A stretch of 63,291 nucleotides of DNA, filler included, from Convolutriloba macropyga (lineage: Eukaryota): the NCBI RefSeq assembly GCF_964194025.1. It is 7 parts of 6 records of this genome, joined end to end, with 100 filler letters (N's around TTAATTAATTAA, not from the genome) between each part and the next. Parts side by side here need not be neighbours in the genome. Positions count along the whole stretch, not along the records: positions 36,304 to 55,218 come from NC_134469.1; 6 more parts are not named here. The stretch is one strand, 5' to 3'. The notes beneath the pieces were generated by a model that searched no databases, was not told the DNA's origin, and was given only the letters and a program-made list of their open reading frames with translations. Shown here piece by piece: positions 38,106 through 50,119 of the stretch (its first letter is position 1; each line of letters opens with the position of its first letter). The position numbers and the translations under genes were made by a program.

Positions 38106-38485
38106 TTCACAGACATCGAAGGACACGCTAGTGAATTCAAATCAATGATAGAGCACTCAAGCAAATATGACAAAAATTTTACTTTTTCCTCTCCCTTAGC
38201 GTAGAATATTGCACCCGGATTCCTCAAGTGAACGCTTTGAATTATTTGTGTAAGATAAATATAAGGAGAGTTTCCTGTGTCCCACTCAATACCGAGCAAA
38301 TTTCTAGTCAACCAACCGAAAGATTGCTTTTGTTGAGTTGTTAACTCACTATAACTTGTTGGAGGTAAAAATGACACGCAGTCAAGATATTCGTCGGTGC
38401 AAACACCAAGTTCTTTAACAATAAATTTTTCTTTTCTGTGACGAAACCCTTCAACGTCTAACACAACTGTTTTGCTAATCAGCAT
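37853..38485 (-). CDS. DEDD/RNase H-fold exonuclease-like Maverick protein
   Basis: VVLDVEGF..FIVKELGV...GIEW..G...YAKG.EK..FL..IIDL...C...H..HCA. Confidence 0.65.
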   Translation of the reverse strand: MLISKTVVLDVEGFRHRKEKFIVKELGVCTDEYLDCVSFLPPTSYSELTTQQKQSFGWLTRNLLGIEWDTGNSPYIYLTQIIQSVHLRNPGAIFYAKGEEKVKFLSYLLECSIIDLNSLACPSMSVNYFTQNCQNHSKGKNNFNKHCAKEEKAIFYFNWLTNELGIDEGGSTLVTEFNNLRLDYGGRESESFNFQRRNNKNRKPIFTEKS

Positions 38486-38910
38486 TCCAATAACTGAAGA
38501 ATTGACGGATGAAAAACTTTTAAATATAAGCAAAAAAATATTCCCGACAAATGTCCGCTAAAACAGTTGCTGCTTTTCCACGGAAGCATGTAAGAGTAAC
38601 CAGGTCTTTGTTTGTATCTTTCGTATATGAAACCACCTGCGTCGTGTAAAATAGCGTGCAAACGTAAAACTTTTGAGATTTTCAAGTATTTATCTACTGA
38701 AGAATTATCTATGCCGATAATACCACCGTAGGGCCTCAATTTTAGCGCTATATCAAAATCAAATCCTTCAATTTCACTAAAATATGCACTTGTAGCCAGA
38801 AAATAATTTAACCTTACACTGTTGTTTGGGTAGAGTGATGAAACCAATAAACAATTTTCGTGGATCTTGTTCAAACAGTTTCTGCGTACAATTGGTTTTT
38901 CAAGACGCAT
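38479..38910 (-). CDS. Maverick protein with a possible phospholipase A2-like HD motif
   Basis: YGGIIGID...HAILHDAGGFIY followed by a hydrophobic C-terminus. Confidence 0.5.
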   Translation of the reverse strand: MRLEKPIVRRNCLNKIHENCLLVSSLYPNNSVRLNYFLATSAYFSEIEGFDFDIALKLRPYGGIIGIDNSSVDKYLKISKVLRLHAILHDAGGFIYERYKQRPGYSYMLPWKSSNCFSGHLSGIFFCLYLKVFHPSILQLLEC

Positions 38911-39953
38911 ACCTTCTTTTCGCTAGCCTGGCTGCGCAACAAAATGATTGGGAATATAAGAAAATGGATTATTGACCATTGAGTAGCGAAAACAATTTAT
39001 TAACAACAGACAAAATGGGATTTGATTTATTAAGCACATACTTTACCTTGATCATATGAAAGCAAATTCCTTTGAAACTGTTTCAAGATAAGAAAGCAGT
39101 AAAATAATTTTCCTAGCATATGCTGGTCTTAGTGTGTATGTATCCTCATAAATAATTTACACAAGACGCTAGTAACCACACAAACACACACACACAAAAT
39201 GCATACAAAAGTGTTAACGTTATACTTTTGATGACCATTGATCAGAAAGTATTAAATACGTTCGAGTGCTATGCAGACACGAAAGGTAGCGTAAAAGCGT
39301 TCCAAAACTTAATAAACCCGCGAGTGTAACAAAACACTATTGCGAGAACACATGTTAAGTCCCAGTCATAAACAAACCTTAAAGCCTTTTATATCTTTTG
39401 ATCTACATGGCATTCCTCAGATCAACGCTGTTTGGTATTTGAACAACATACTGCTTTAATTAATTGCTCTAGATAAAAAAGTATTGAAATTGGGTGTGTG
39501 CAGCTAGCACGAAAAGATTGGAAACGATAAAAAGAATAGTATACTAAGGTTCACTTAAAATACAAGGATTTGAGTGTAATGAACTTATGTGTAATAGCTA
39601 CTTGAGTGACCTTTTACAACAAAAACGGAAGGAACTGATTGAACACGCCTTAGTTTAGAATTATAGCTGAACTCTTCATTTCCTAATTTTCGCTTCAACT
39701 TTCATTTGCTTAATTCCAAATTTTATTTAGCAGAATTGTTCCTGGATTTTGACAACAGATTCCTATTGTTCTATTTGATTACCAAAATTCTGCTATAATC
39801 AAAGAAATAATTCTAATGTCTCCTCTAGCCATCATTCTAAAGGCGGAATCGACGCCTGACAGCCGAACATTTGCTTATGAGACTTACAGAAAACAGACTC
39901 TTATCATTGTACAGCAGGACTATCAGTTAGATGAGTGAGTTACAGTAAATCAC

Positions 39954-40415
39954 ATGGCTGTGCCTATTGTGATTTTTGATTTTATTCAGTCATTTGGATT
40001 TGCGAAAGGCCTTATGAAAAGAGCTCAATACTTGCTGGATTTTGTAACTTCTTATTTCAGAGAGTTTGTATTCGACCCAGACATATTAGACGAGGGAGTA
40101 CGAAAAATTTTTTACAATTATGACGTGAAAGAAATCCCGCTGCATGAAAATCAAGAGGGCTACTGGAGAGATCTTGAACTAGTTGAAATCATTTGGAAAA
40201 CGAAACCAGATATTGAGAGCCCAGAAAATTTTAGCGAACCACCAACACCTGCCATGGTTCATGATACAATTGTCTGTACACCTGAAAACAAAACTGAAAA
40301 CAAACCAGATGATGTTTCGAGCAGTGGAAGCTTTGCGACTCCACCTGTTTTGCACCAAAGAAACGAAGAATCGATCTCAATTATGATAACTAAATCAAAC
40401 TTATTCCTTTGTTGA
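39954..40415 (+). CDS. Hypothetical Maverick protein, probably the 3' part of a decayed ORF starting near 39407
   Basis: 153-aa ORF with natural composition, divergent from the minus-strand gene block. Confidence 0.4.
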   Translation: MAVPIVIFDFIQSFGFAKGLMKRAQYLLDFVTSYFREFVFDPDILDEGVRKIFYNYDVKEIPLHENQEGYWRDLELVEIIWKTKPDIESPENFSEPPTPAMVHDTIVCTPENKTENKPDDVSSSGSFATPPVLHQRNEESISIMITKSNLFLC

Positions 40416-42255
40416 TATTGTTTGTTGGTTGAGTGACATTCTTTTGTGAAGCTGACTTTATGAATTTTGGCTATATTTTAATTGAATTCTCAGATCATTC
40501 AGCTTATTTCAAGTATCAAATTTTAGCAAAAAAAGCACTTCATATTATTCGTGGAAAAAGTCAATATTATCGTGAAAGGAAAATTTTCAGTCATAACTTT
40601 GTTTCTGTTGTGGACAAGAAATACACTCCTAATGGTATTAACACGCTGTTAGAGGAATTTAAATAATGCGGCTTGCTTTGACTTGAATCGCAAAGAAAAT
40701 GCTATACTAATAAAACTATTTAAGACCAATTTCCTCAGTTTGGCTTTACATGGCCGATTGCACAGATAAGCTAAAAATAGAACTCAAACTCAAACTCAGC
40801 CTAGTTGCCACACCCAATTTTTGTCTAACATGTAGCGAAGTCATACATGAACACTTCAAAGAAGTCTTCATAGATACATAACTGTGATAATCTCCGGCAA
40901 AATTGTCCAAATCATGCCTTTTTGTTCTTAATCTGTCACAATTTTTTATCCACAATTTCAACACAAATATTTGAAATGACCTTGTACACTGAATACTGTA
41001 CAATTGGACGTCAGCTATTTTAGCCTACTGTTCTTTTAGAACATTTGGTTCGCAAAATAGTGATTGTTTTTAATAAAAACATAAAAAATAACAAAAAGAA
41101 ACAAATAATCAGCACCCAGTTAATCACTAGTATTTGTTTCGCCAAGTTGTTAAAATGACAAAATTCCATTGCAAATTGCATTTCAGCTAAGAAACATTAC
41201 TTTATTATACATTCTACGGCAAAGAAACATCAATTCTTTCACTTTTTTGTCAAAAAATGCCGAAAAACAACAGCATTTTAATAAAAAGTAACATGCAAAC
41301 AACACCCAATAACTCATTATTAAATGTTCGAGCAAACTTTCACATTATAAAACTTTGTTGCCCACTCCCTTTTAACTAGCATAGAACATTTTATTCTACA
41401 TTCTTACCTCAAAATTTAAAAATTTGTGCTCATTTTTGGCCTTCTTTCATAAAAAAACAAAAAATGTAGTCACAAGTTATCACTAAATAATATTTAATAT
41501 AAACCCGATTCCTTGACAGTATTTCTCGTACCATTTTTTAACATTTTTTTAATTGTATAAAAATGCTTATTGGCGGCGAAAAACAATTTTTTTTAACTTT
41601 TACTACCAGAACACAGCAATTTTTGCACTTTTTTTTCAAAGTTTTGTCTGTTTTTGACGCAAAATGGCTTTAAAAATACACCTTAAGCGCTCCATTCAAA
41701 CTATTGTCAACCAGTAATTTCAAGAAACATCAATTGACCCCCATATCAAGCATTTCCCGACACAGTAAAAAAGCGATAAAATCACTTTTTAAACCAATTT
41801 TCAGACAAATTTTAAACCCCAATTTCTTCAATTTTTCAGTCAATTTTCACGATGTTTTGTCCCCCATTCATTCTCATGCGCTATTTTCAGTTCGAAACTG
41901 TACTTGAAACTTCTCTCCAGGCATGAAATTCAACAAACTTCCAATTTCAATACTTCGCACTTGCTTGTTAATTCAAACATATGGGCAATAAAACCCATAA
42001 AATTAATACCACTTGTGCGGTCTCAGACTCGCAAAACTATTACATTGGAACAGAAATTTATCAATTTTAAATTATCTTTTTTCTTCCCTCACCTCACTCA
42101 TTCACCCCACCAAATTTTTTTTTCTAAAAATTTTACAAGTTCCACCACTCTCACAACACCAAACTCTCAAAAAAATTTCAAGTCTTTGCCAACCTCGAGA
42201 AACAAAAATTTCGAGAAATTTTACAAGTTTTCGAAAAGGATACCTAAAAAAGGCC

Positions 42256-42324
42256 ATGCCTGTTTTGTAACGGGGGGGGGACAGGTCCCCCCCCCGTTAC
42301 AAACCAGGCATTTTCACTACTACT
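42256..42324 (-). other. Maverick terminus: subterminal hairpin plus (AGT)3
   Basis: ATGCCTGTTTTGTAACG9AC-AG-GTC9GTTACAAACCAGGCAT (27-bp arms, 1 mismatch), then TTTC-ACTACTACT. Confidence 0.8.
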
Positions 42325-43684
42325 AATACCTATGCAAGCTTTTAGGCTAGAAAATGAAAATGATTATAAATAAAACGAATTTAACCCCTTCACAAAACGA
42401 TATGCACCCTCCCCCGTTACAGAGCACGTGACATTATGCCTAATTACTCAATTGCTCATAATGTAAAACTTCAGCATGCACTGTTGGCTGAAAAACTCGA
42501 TGAAAACGTTGCCTCGATTTGTTCAACCAGGCTTATGGAAAAAAAACGTTGATATTGATGTGGGTGGGCTGTGAGTGGGGTTTTGGGGGTGTTGGCGGGT
42601 AACAAGTTTTCAAATTTACATATAAAATGTTTGTCTGCTTAGTTCTAGCTAAAATTTGTTCTGAACCGCTTATAAAGACTCACTTGACTTTTGAGAATTT
42701 GATGCCCTGCTGAGATTTTGAACAAAGCGGCTGTAGATTAAATACAGTATTGATGAATGGTGGGAGGTAATTGTGTTGAGGTTGCTCCGTGTGGTATAAA
42801 AGTGTCGCAAGGGTGAAACGGAGAAAACACTATATGGCAGAGAGCAAAGAGCATAATTGTAGTCAGTAACAAAGACTCAAATCCTTCAGATGAAAAGGCA
42901 GATGTTCCAAATCTGAAACAGATCCGACTGTTCTTAGATTAAAGGGAACAAAAGGAGTGCGAGAGAGGGAGAAATGGGGATAAAACAATCAATTTGTCCT
43001 TGCTTTTTGGTCACAATGCTTCACCTGACTTAAACCTATCGACGGACAGCTCAGCTTAAAAATACGTAAACCACGTTTCAAGACCTCATCAAGAGTACTA
43101 ACCACCGTTTGGTTGATAAATATTAGCTTGAAAACTACTTTGTATGCAGGGATTACTATTTCAAAGAAGACAAAGATGAGTGGAAACGAAACTCGTCACT
43201 GGAAGCAAGGCGGCACAAATTCTTTTTGTTTTTTTTTTCAAATCAACTATCAACACAAGTAGATTGGAGTTCTCTTTTGAGCAATCACTTTCTCAGCAAC
43301 TACCGATAATTAAGGAAGAAGTCAGCCCGGATGAGAGAAGAGCAGGGAAACGCCAACAGAAAATACTGCCAGTATTTTCTGTTGGCGTTTCCCTCCTCTT
43401 GGAATTTCTAAAAATTTCTTTTTTTAAAAAAATCAACTTGAGATCAACTTCCGCCAGCCCCTCAACTATTTAATAATTGAAATGATTTAAATTTTATTTC
43501 AGATTTAATTGTTTTCGGATAACCTATCTGGCCAATAACCAAATTTCGGTCTGTGCGGTCAGGCAAATACCCACATTTTGAACAGTTCTTCTGCTTAATA
43601 CTCTCAATCTTACCAAAAATGCCACACTGAAATGTCTCTTAGTTATACGAAAAGAACGGAAAGTGGGTATCGGTCAGTCAGAGT

Positions 43685-44085
43685 ACTGACCAGACCCAAC
43701 AAACTAAAGGAATGGTATTGGCGACAACAAACAGACCAAATTTTGGGTATTGGCCAGACCTAACAGACCAAAATGTGGGTATTAGCAAGAACGAACAGAC
43801 CAAATTATGGTTATTGGCCGGACTGAAGAGACCAAAATGTGGGTTTTGACTTGACCAAGCAGACCCAATTGTGACTATTAGCAGGCAGGACGGAACAAAC
43901 CAAAAATTAGGTATTGGCAAGACTGAACAGACCGAACATGTGGGTGTTGGATAGACCGAACTGACCAAAAAATGAGCTTTGGCCCGACCGAACAGACCAA
44001 AAAATGGGTATTTGCCTCACCGAAAAGACTGAAATAAGAGAGTTGGCCAGACCAAACAAACCAGAAAATGCTGTTGGCCAGACGC
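43685..44085. repeat. Degenerate ~33-bp tandem repeat, about 12 units, with an inverted partial copy near 43525-43580
   Basis: Recurring CAGACCAAAATGTGGGTATTGGCCAGACCGAA-like unit. Confidence 0.8.
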
Positions 44086-44479
44086 AAGGCGTGACCAAAA
44101 TAATTTCCAGGCCATTGACATAGGTCAAACTGCAGCCACTGTCTGCAACCAAAGTCTGTCAGATCAATACCTGCATTGGATTGCAGACCTCATCCTGGGT
44201 TTTCCAATCGCTAAATAGCAATTACCATTTTTTCGACTAACCGTAGCATGGCACACAAGAGGAATTATGTCTCTCAATTGGTTCTCAAGAAATTGTTACA
44301 TGAATTTGAGTTTGAATTTGACTTTAACTTTGAATTAATTCCTTGTGATTTATTAACAAATCAACATGATATTTTACATCCGATAAGCGTAAAGAAAATC
44401 ACAAGAGGACTTCAGTTGAGATGTTCAAGCTCTCATGATGAAGCCCTAAGATTACACAACCTAACCAGATGGAATTGGA

Positions 44480-47400
44480 GCTCTTAATATGTACATTTCT
44501 CAAAGAAATTTATCATAAACAACCCTGTTATCTTTTAAGTAAACTTCAGTAAACCTTTTGAAAAACAAAATTAAAAAAAACGGCAATCAGTTTATTTTTC
44601 GAAATGAAGTTGTAAGCTTTCATTAATTTAAACGTGATTGAGCTTTGTCTTGCTAATGTCCTGCAAAAAATAAATTTAGTGAGCATGCATCTTGATCTTG
44701 TCTTTTGATAGCGATTGTTATGAAGATTCAAATCCATTGGTGACCTTTTCCTGATTTGTTGAAAAACGTCTTGGAAGAGTTTGTTCAGTAAAAAGTTTGT
44801 ACCAGGAGGATATCATTTTTTGACGTCAGGAATCTTATCACATTTTTCTCGAAAACAAATTGTGTGAAATATTTGTTTTCCATCGTTCCAGTTCTTTTCA
44901 GATAAATTTTTTTCGTTTTTACCAAATCTAAGCAAAAAAATATTCTGTCACCGGTCTAGCATACACTTTGTAATTGCTAATTAAATGTTTTTTTTTGAGA
45001 AACAATGTTTTGCTTGCTACATGATACCATTGAACTGCACAAGAATTTGTTGAAAATGATCAATGTGTGGACGAATTGTTTGCTTATTGTCTTTTCTAAT
45101 CAGGAGATTTTTCACGAAAATCAAACTGTTTAGTACAGTGCCAGATAAAGATATTGCGTCCGTTGTAGATGCCCTACCGAAAGGAAATGTTTCAAGCTTT
45201 TTAAGGTTGAGATTGATTCTATTTGTTCTACTCCAATCATTGTCTTCTGGCAAGTCATCCTCTAACGCTTTTTTACTCTGAGCAGAGCTATCTTTGCCTT
45301 AAATTGCTGTATTATCCGCATATGAGATGATTTTATGATCAATTTTTTTGAAAATAATGTCATTGATGAAAACTAAAAAAAGCAATGGTCCCATAACAGA
45401 TTTTTCAGGAACTCCTGTTTCAGTTTTCCCTTTCATTGATGACGCGCCATAGTGAGTGAAGTACTTACATCTGTCAGTTTGATAAGATTCTGTATATTTA
45501 TTCATTATCCCCTGAATTCATAGCATTCCAATTTGTTCAGAGGGATCCTATGGTCTACTGAATCGAACGCTTTCTGAAACGCAAGAAAGCACAAAAATCC
45601 ATAACTTTTTCGGTCCATGGCGTTAGCAATAAATTGATTCTTCTTGAAACCGATTTGATGGTGTGAGATTAAGTTATTTTTATAAAGGGACTTGATGATA
45701 CGTTTTGCCATTAGTTTTTCAAAAACTTTGCTGAGAGTGGGAAGGATTCTGATGGTTCTATAAATGCTTGGATTGTTCAAATTACCCTTTTTATGCTCAG
45801 GAATAACTTTAGGTATTTTAAGGCATTTCTGAAATTCAGATTTTAAATTACTATAATTAAGGCAATGTGCTACATATTTGCTGACATCTGGTGCAATGTA
45901 TTTTTATATTTTCATACAAACACGATCAAGACCAACTGAAATTTTATTTTTCATTCAGGATATCATATGTTGAACTTCTACAGCTTATCGGTGGGATGCA
46001 CAACAAGAGAAATGACAGATTTGCTAGACTGTTTAATAAACTCTTCATCCTTCCATTTAGATTTCATTTAGTCGCAAAAAATCTATAAAATTATCGACGT
46101 CAATATCTGGATTTTTCTTCCGTATGCGTCCACAATTACTATTGAACACGTTAAAAAATGTTGTTGTATCAATGATCCTTGATATTTTTTTGTCAAAAAA
46201 TCTTTGCCTCGCTGCTTGAATTTTCTTTGTTACTATGTATCTTAATTTCCTAAATTTTTCACCTTTTTCTGTCGATGCGTTTTCTTTGTATTCGTGTGAT
46301 GTTTCATCACCTCTTTTAATATATTTCTTGATGCGGTTGGTAAACCAGCTATTTGGTTTGTGATATTTATCCTGATCAATAGTCTGTACTGGGGTTATGT
46401 GATCGAAGCACTCAAGAATTGCTGAGTTGAGTCTCCTATTGAAAATGAATCATTAGCTTTTAAATTTTGATAAAGAATGAACAAAAGATTCAGAATAGAT
46501 TGCGCGTTGTTGATTTTTTCCTGAATTGAATAATGTAGGTCTCATCTGCCGATATCGGACCAGTGGTTCTGAGCAAATCTCAAAGTATGGCGTAGTATTC
46601 ACTGAAGGCGCATTGAATTTTGCCAACACTTGAGTCAAAACCAATTCCCTTAACAGGTTCCATAAACAAAATTTATGCTAATTGAAGAGTTTGGTGAAGA
46701 AATTGATGCTCAAAATTGTTAAATTAACCCGTTAATGAGTAAAGGAATCAAAACGTTTTTGCCACTGTTGTACCCAGATGACGTATCTATTTATTATGTC
46801 AAAAACAGTGTAGAAATTATTATAATTAAATTACTATAATTAAAGCAATGTGCTACATATTTGCTGACATCTGGTGCAATGTATTTTTATATTTTCATAC
46901 AAACACGATCGAGACCAACTGAAATTTTATTTTTGATTCAGGATATCATATGTTGAACTTCTACAGCTTATCGGTGGGATGCACAACAAGAGAAATGACA
47001 GATTTGCTAGACTGTTTAATAAATTCTTCGTCTTTCCATTTAGATTTCATTTAGTCGCAAAAAATCTATTAAAACTATCGACGTCAATATTCGGATTTTT
47101 CTTCTATATGCGTCCACAATTACTATTGAACATGTCAAAAGATGTTGTTGTATCAATACTCCTTGATATTTTTCTGTCAAAAAATCTTCGCCTCGCTGCT
47201 TGAATTTTCTTTGTTACTATGTATCTTAATTTCCTAACTTTTGCACCTTTTTCTGTCGATGGGTTTTCTTTGTATTCGCGTGATGTTTCATCACCTCTTT
47301 TGATATATTTTTTGATGCGGTTGGTAAACCAGCTATTTGGTTTGTGATATTTATTCTGATCAATAGTCTGTACTGGTGTTATGTGATCGAAGCACTCAAG

Positions 47401-47960
47401 AATTGCTGAGTTGAGTCTCCTATTGAAAATGAATCATTAGGTTTTAAATTTTGATATAGAATGAACAAAAGATTCAGAATAGATTGTGCGTTGTTGATTT
47501 TTTCCTGAATTGAATAATGTAGGTCTCATCTGCCGATATCGCACCAGTGGTTCTGAGCAAATCTCAAAGTATGGAGTAGTAATCACTGAAGGCGCATTGA
47601 ATTGTGCCAACACTTGAGTCAAAAACAATTCCATTAACAAGTTCCATAAACAAAATTTATGCTAATTGAAGAGTTTGGTGAAGAAATTGATGCTCAAAAT
47701 TGTTAAATTAACCCGTTAATGAGTAAAGGAATCAAAACGTTTTTGCCACTGTTGTACCCAGATGACGTATCTATTTATTATGTCAAAAACAGTGTATAAA
47801 AATGAGAGTGTCTGACGGGTTTTGTCATTCTCTTCCACCAAAGGCCTAAAAAACCTCCAAATTACAAAATAAGTTTTTTGAAACGCAGTGTCTATTCTTG
47901 TAATTTGGGTCAAAGAAAGCACATACATTTTAGCCAAGAACACCAATTGCTCAAACCACT
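44480..47960 (-). mobile_element. Highly decayed CR1/L2-like LINE with an internal ~983-bp tandem duplication
   Basis: YRTIRILPTLSKVFEK, QIGFK, FQKAFDSVDH, GVPEKSVMGPLLFLVFIND, YADNT; 45843-46812 is similar to 46826-47796. Confidence 0.8.
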
Positions 47961-50119
47961 AATTCGATATTCTGATCATATATATTCGAAAATATTTATT
48001 GCTTCGTAAAAATGAAAGAAAGAAAACATTTTGACGAAACATTAGAAGTCTGTTTTGACTGTAAAATTTTATCTAGTTTTTCTATCTAGCTAGTTTGCAA
48101 AGAGATTTGCAATGTTATAGAAACAGAGGTTTGCTTTCATTTAAAACAAAAGGGGTTAAGTAGTTATACAGTTATAGTCTGGGAATGCTGGTAAATTCAA
48201 TTTTTTGGCATTGGGTGTTTGATAGCGGGCAACAGTGACATAGAATAATAGTAACTGACTAGGTCTTTTTCAATATTCTATGTGAAAAACCCCTAAACGT
48301 TATAAAAACAAACTGGATTATTCGCACTGTTACGATTGATCAAATGGTCGCTAAGTCTAAGCAAAATTAGTTTCATTTACAAGGTGATTGAAACACAGCC
48401 ACAAGAAAGATCTATTAACTCTGAAATGTTTGATGTTTGTTTTTTTTTCATGCCAATACTATCAAAAACACTTCAGGCAATGTAACCAATAATCAATTTT
48501 TTTTGCCAGTGGCTGGCATCAAACACAGTTTTCTTTTTCCAGCTTATGTTTTATTTAGTTTTTGAGAAAAAGATAGAAAAGTTTCATATTTTTAAAAAAT
48601 TTGGCCAACATCAAAGACGTTGCGGCTAAAAATGACACACATATGACACTTTAAATTTGGACTGGTGACGCAAACTTTTGTGTATGTAATCAGAGGGCAA
48701 TAAAATTTAATAAATTGCATGTCTACTGCTATCTCTTCAGGTGCAAAAAAATAACTTTGATTTGTGTGCCTGTTCAAAAAATATTTTTTCCTCTTAAATA
48801 AAAGAACGTTTATAGGTATACACTGGTTTCCGAGATTACAATAACCTATTACAGAGAGACATATTCTTTTTCGAACGGACCACAAACTGATTCAAGGGAC
48901 TCAGATTATTGTTGTCGTTTTGCCTAAATTAAAAAAATTGAATTTGGAAGAAAAAATATGATTTTTACAAATCTTATAAAGTTTAAACATGACGGCTAGG
49001 CAAAAGCTTCATATATGTAATCTTTGGTTTCTTAGCAGGGTAATACTAAGAAGTAAAGCATGGATAGCATGAAACACAAAATCAAATATAATTTTGCATG
49101 AAAACAAAAAAACTTCAACCCGGTTCTACATTGAACTACAGAAACACTTGGGGTCACAGTTGCAGCTCAACAAATCAAATTGTTACCTAATTTAAAAATT
49201 AAGGTGCATCTTGATACTATTTTTTATCTAATTATGCTCCCTTTTTCAATACAGTAGTAACAAACTATGCGTTGCCTGGAATAATATTGAAATTGTCCTG
49301 GAACTGAAATGAGTACAAAACGCAGGGAGTCCTGTTTTTAAGTCTAATTGCTTCCAGTTTTTTGGTTTTGACGTTAAAGCTCGTAGATATCCTACTATAT
49401 TATCGTTCATTATTTTCAGAAATTGGAGCTTTGATGAAACGAAAGCTTCATTGATCTGCTAACAAGCTGCCGACTCATAATTTCTAAATAAATTTCTTTT
49501 CCCATCAATTTTGTTAAGAGCCAATGCTTTGAACGTATCTTCAACAAACATGTTGAAACTACTATTGAAATATTCTTGAATCATAGTGACAGATTAATAG
49601 ATTTTCTTTTGCCCTTTTTCGGTTAGAAAAAGTTGAAGAGTAAAAGACTCAACCATGTTATCAATACAGTCCTCACTTCAGTTACTTTTGCGACCCGTAA
49701 ACTCTTGGCACAAAAAATCTTAACACAAATTGAGCTCCTGCAGTACTCAGAACTATCTAACAAAACTAAGCGCCTTTTTTTTTATAAATCAGCAATAAAA
49801 AAGAATGTCATTTTTAACATAGAACAATTTGTATTCGAATGAGAGCATATAGCGATTTTTTGCAATAAACCACTAAAGCACAATTTAAAAAACAGAAGGT
49901 TTCAGATTTAGCTTAATTGCTGCATGTGTTTGAAAACTACATTTGATTTAAAGCAAAAAAAATAGTTGCTGAGGTCTATTGAAAATAGTACGTTATGTCT
50001 CAAAAAAGCGCTATTGTTTTCATCCAAAGCTGTTTGTTATACTTAAACCAAAGAAACTGAAAAAAAAAATAAATGAAAAGCAAATTCTAATCCTGAATTT
50101 GCAATTCTCCTTTTTTTAT

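Larger units (their letters stand above)
36304..42324. mobile_element. Arm of a Maverick/Polinton (adintovirus-like) element; the other end is lost in the gap
   Basis: Tightly overlapping intronless ORFs including an A32-like ATPase; the terminus reads 5'-AGTAGTAGT on the minus strand at 42324, next to a hairpin. Confidence 0.8.

Noticed and set aside
9015-42324. One continuous 33-kb Maverick from the pPolB to the AGT terminus
   Set aside because: Three gap linkers, LINEs and host-like exons intervene, and no matching left terminus was found.
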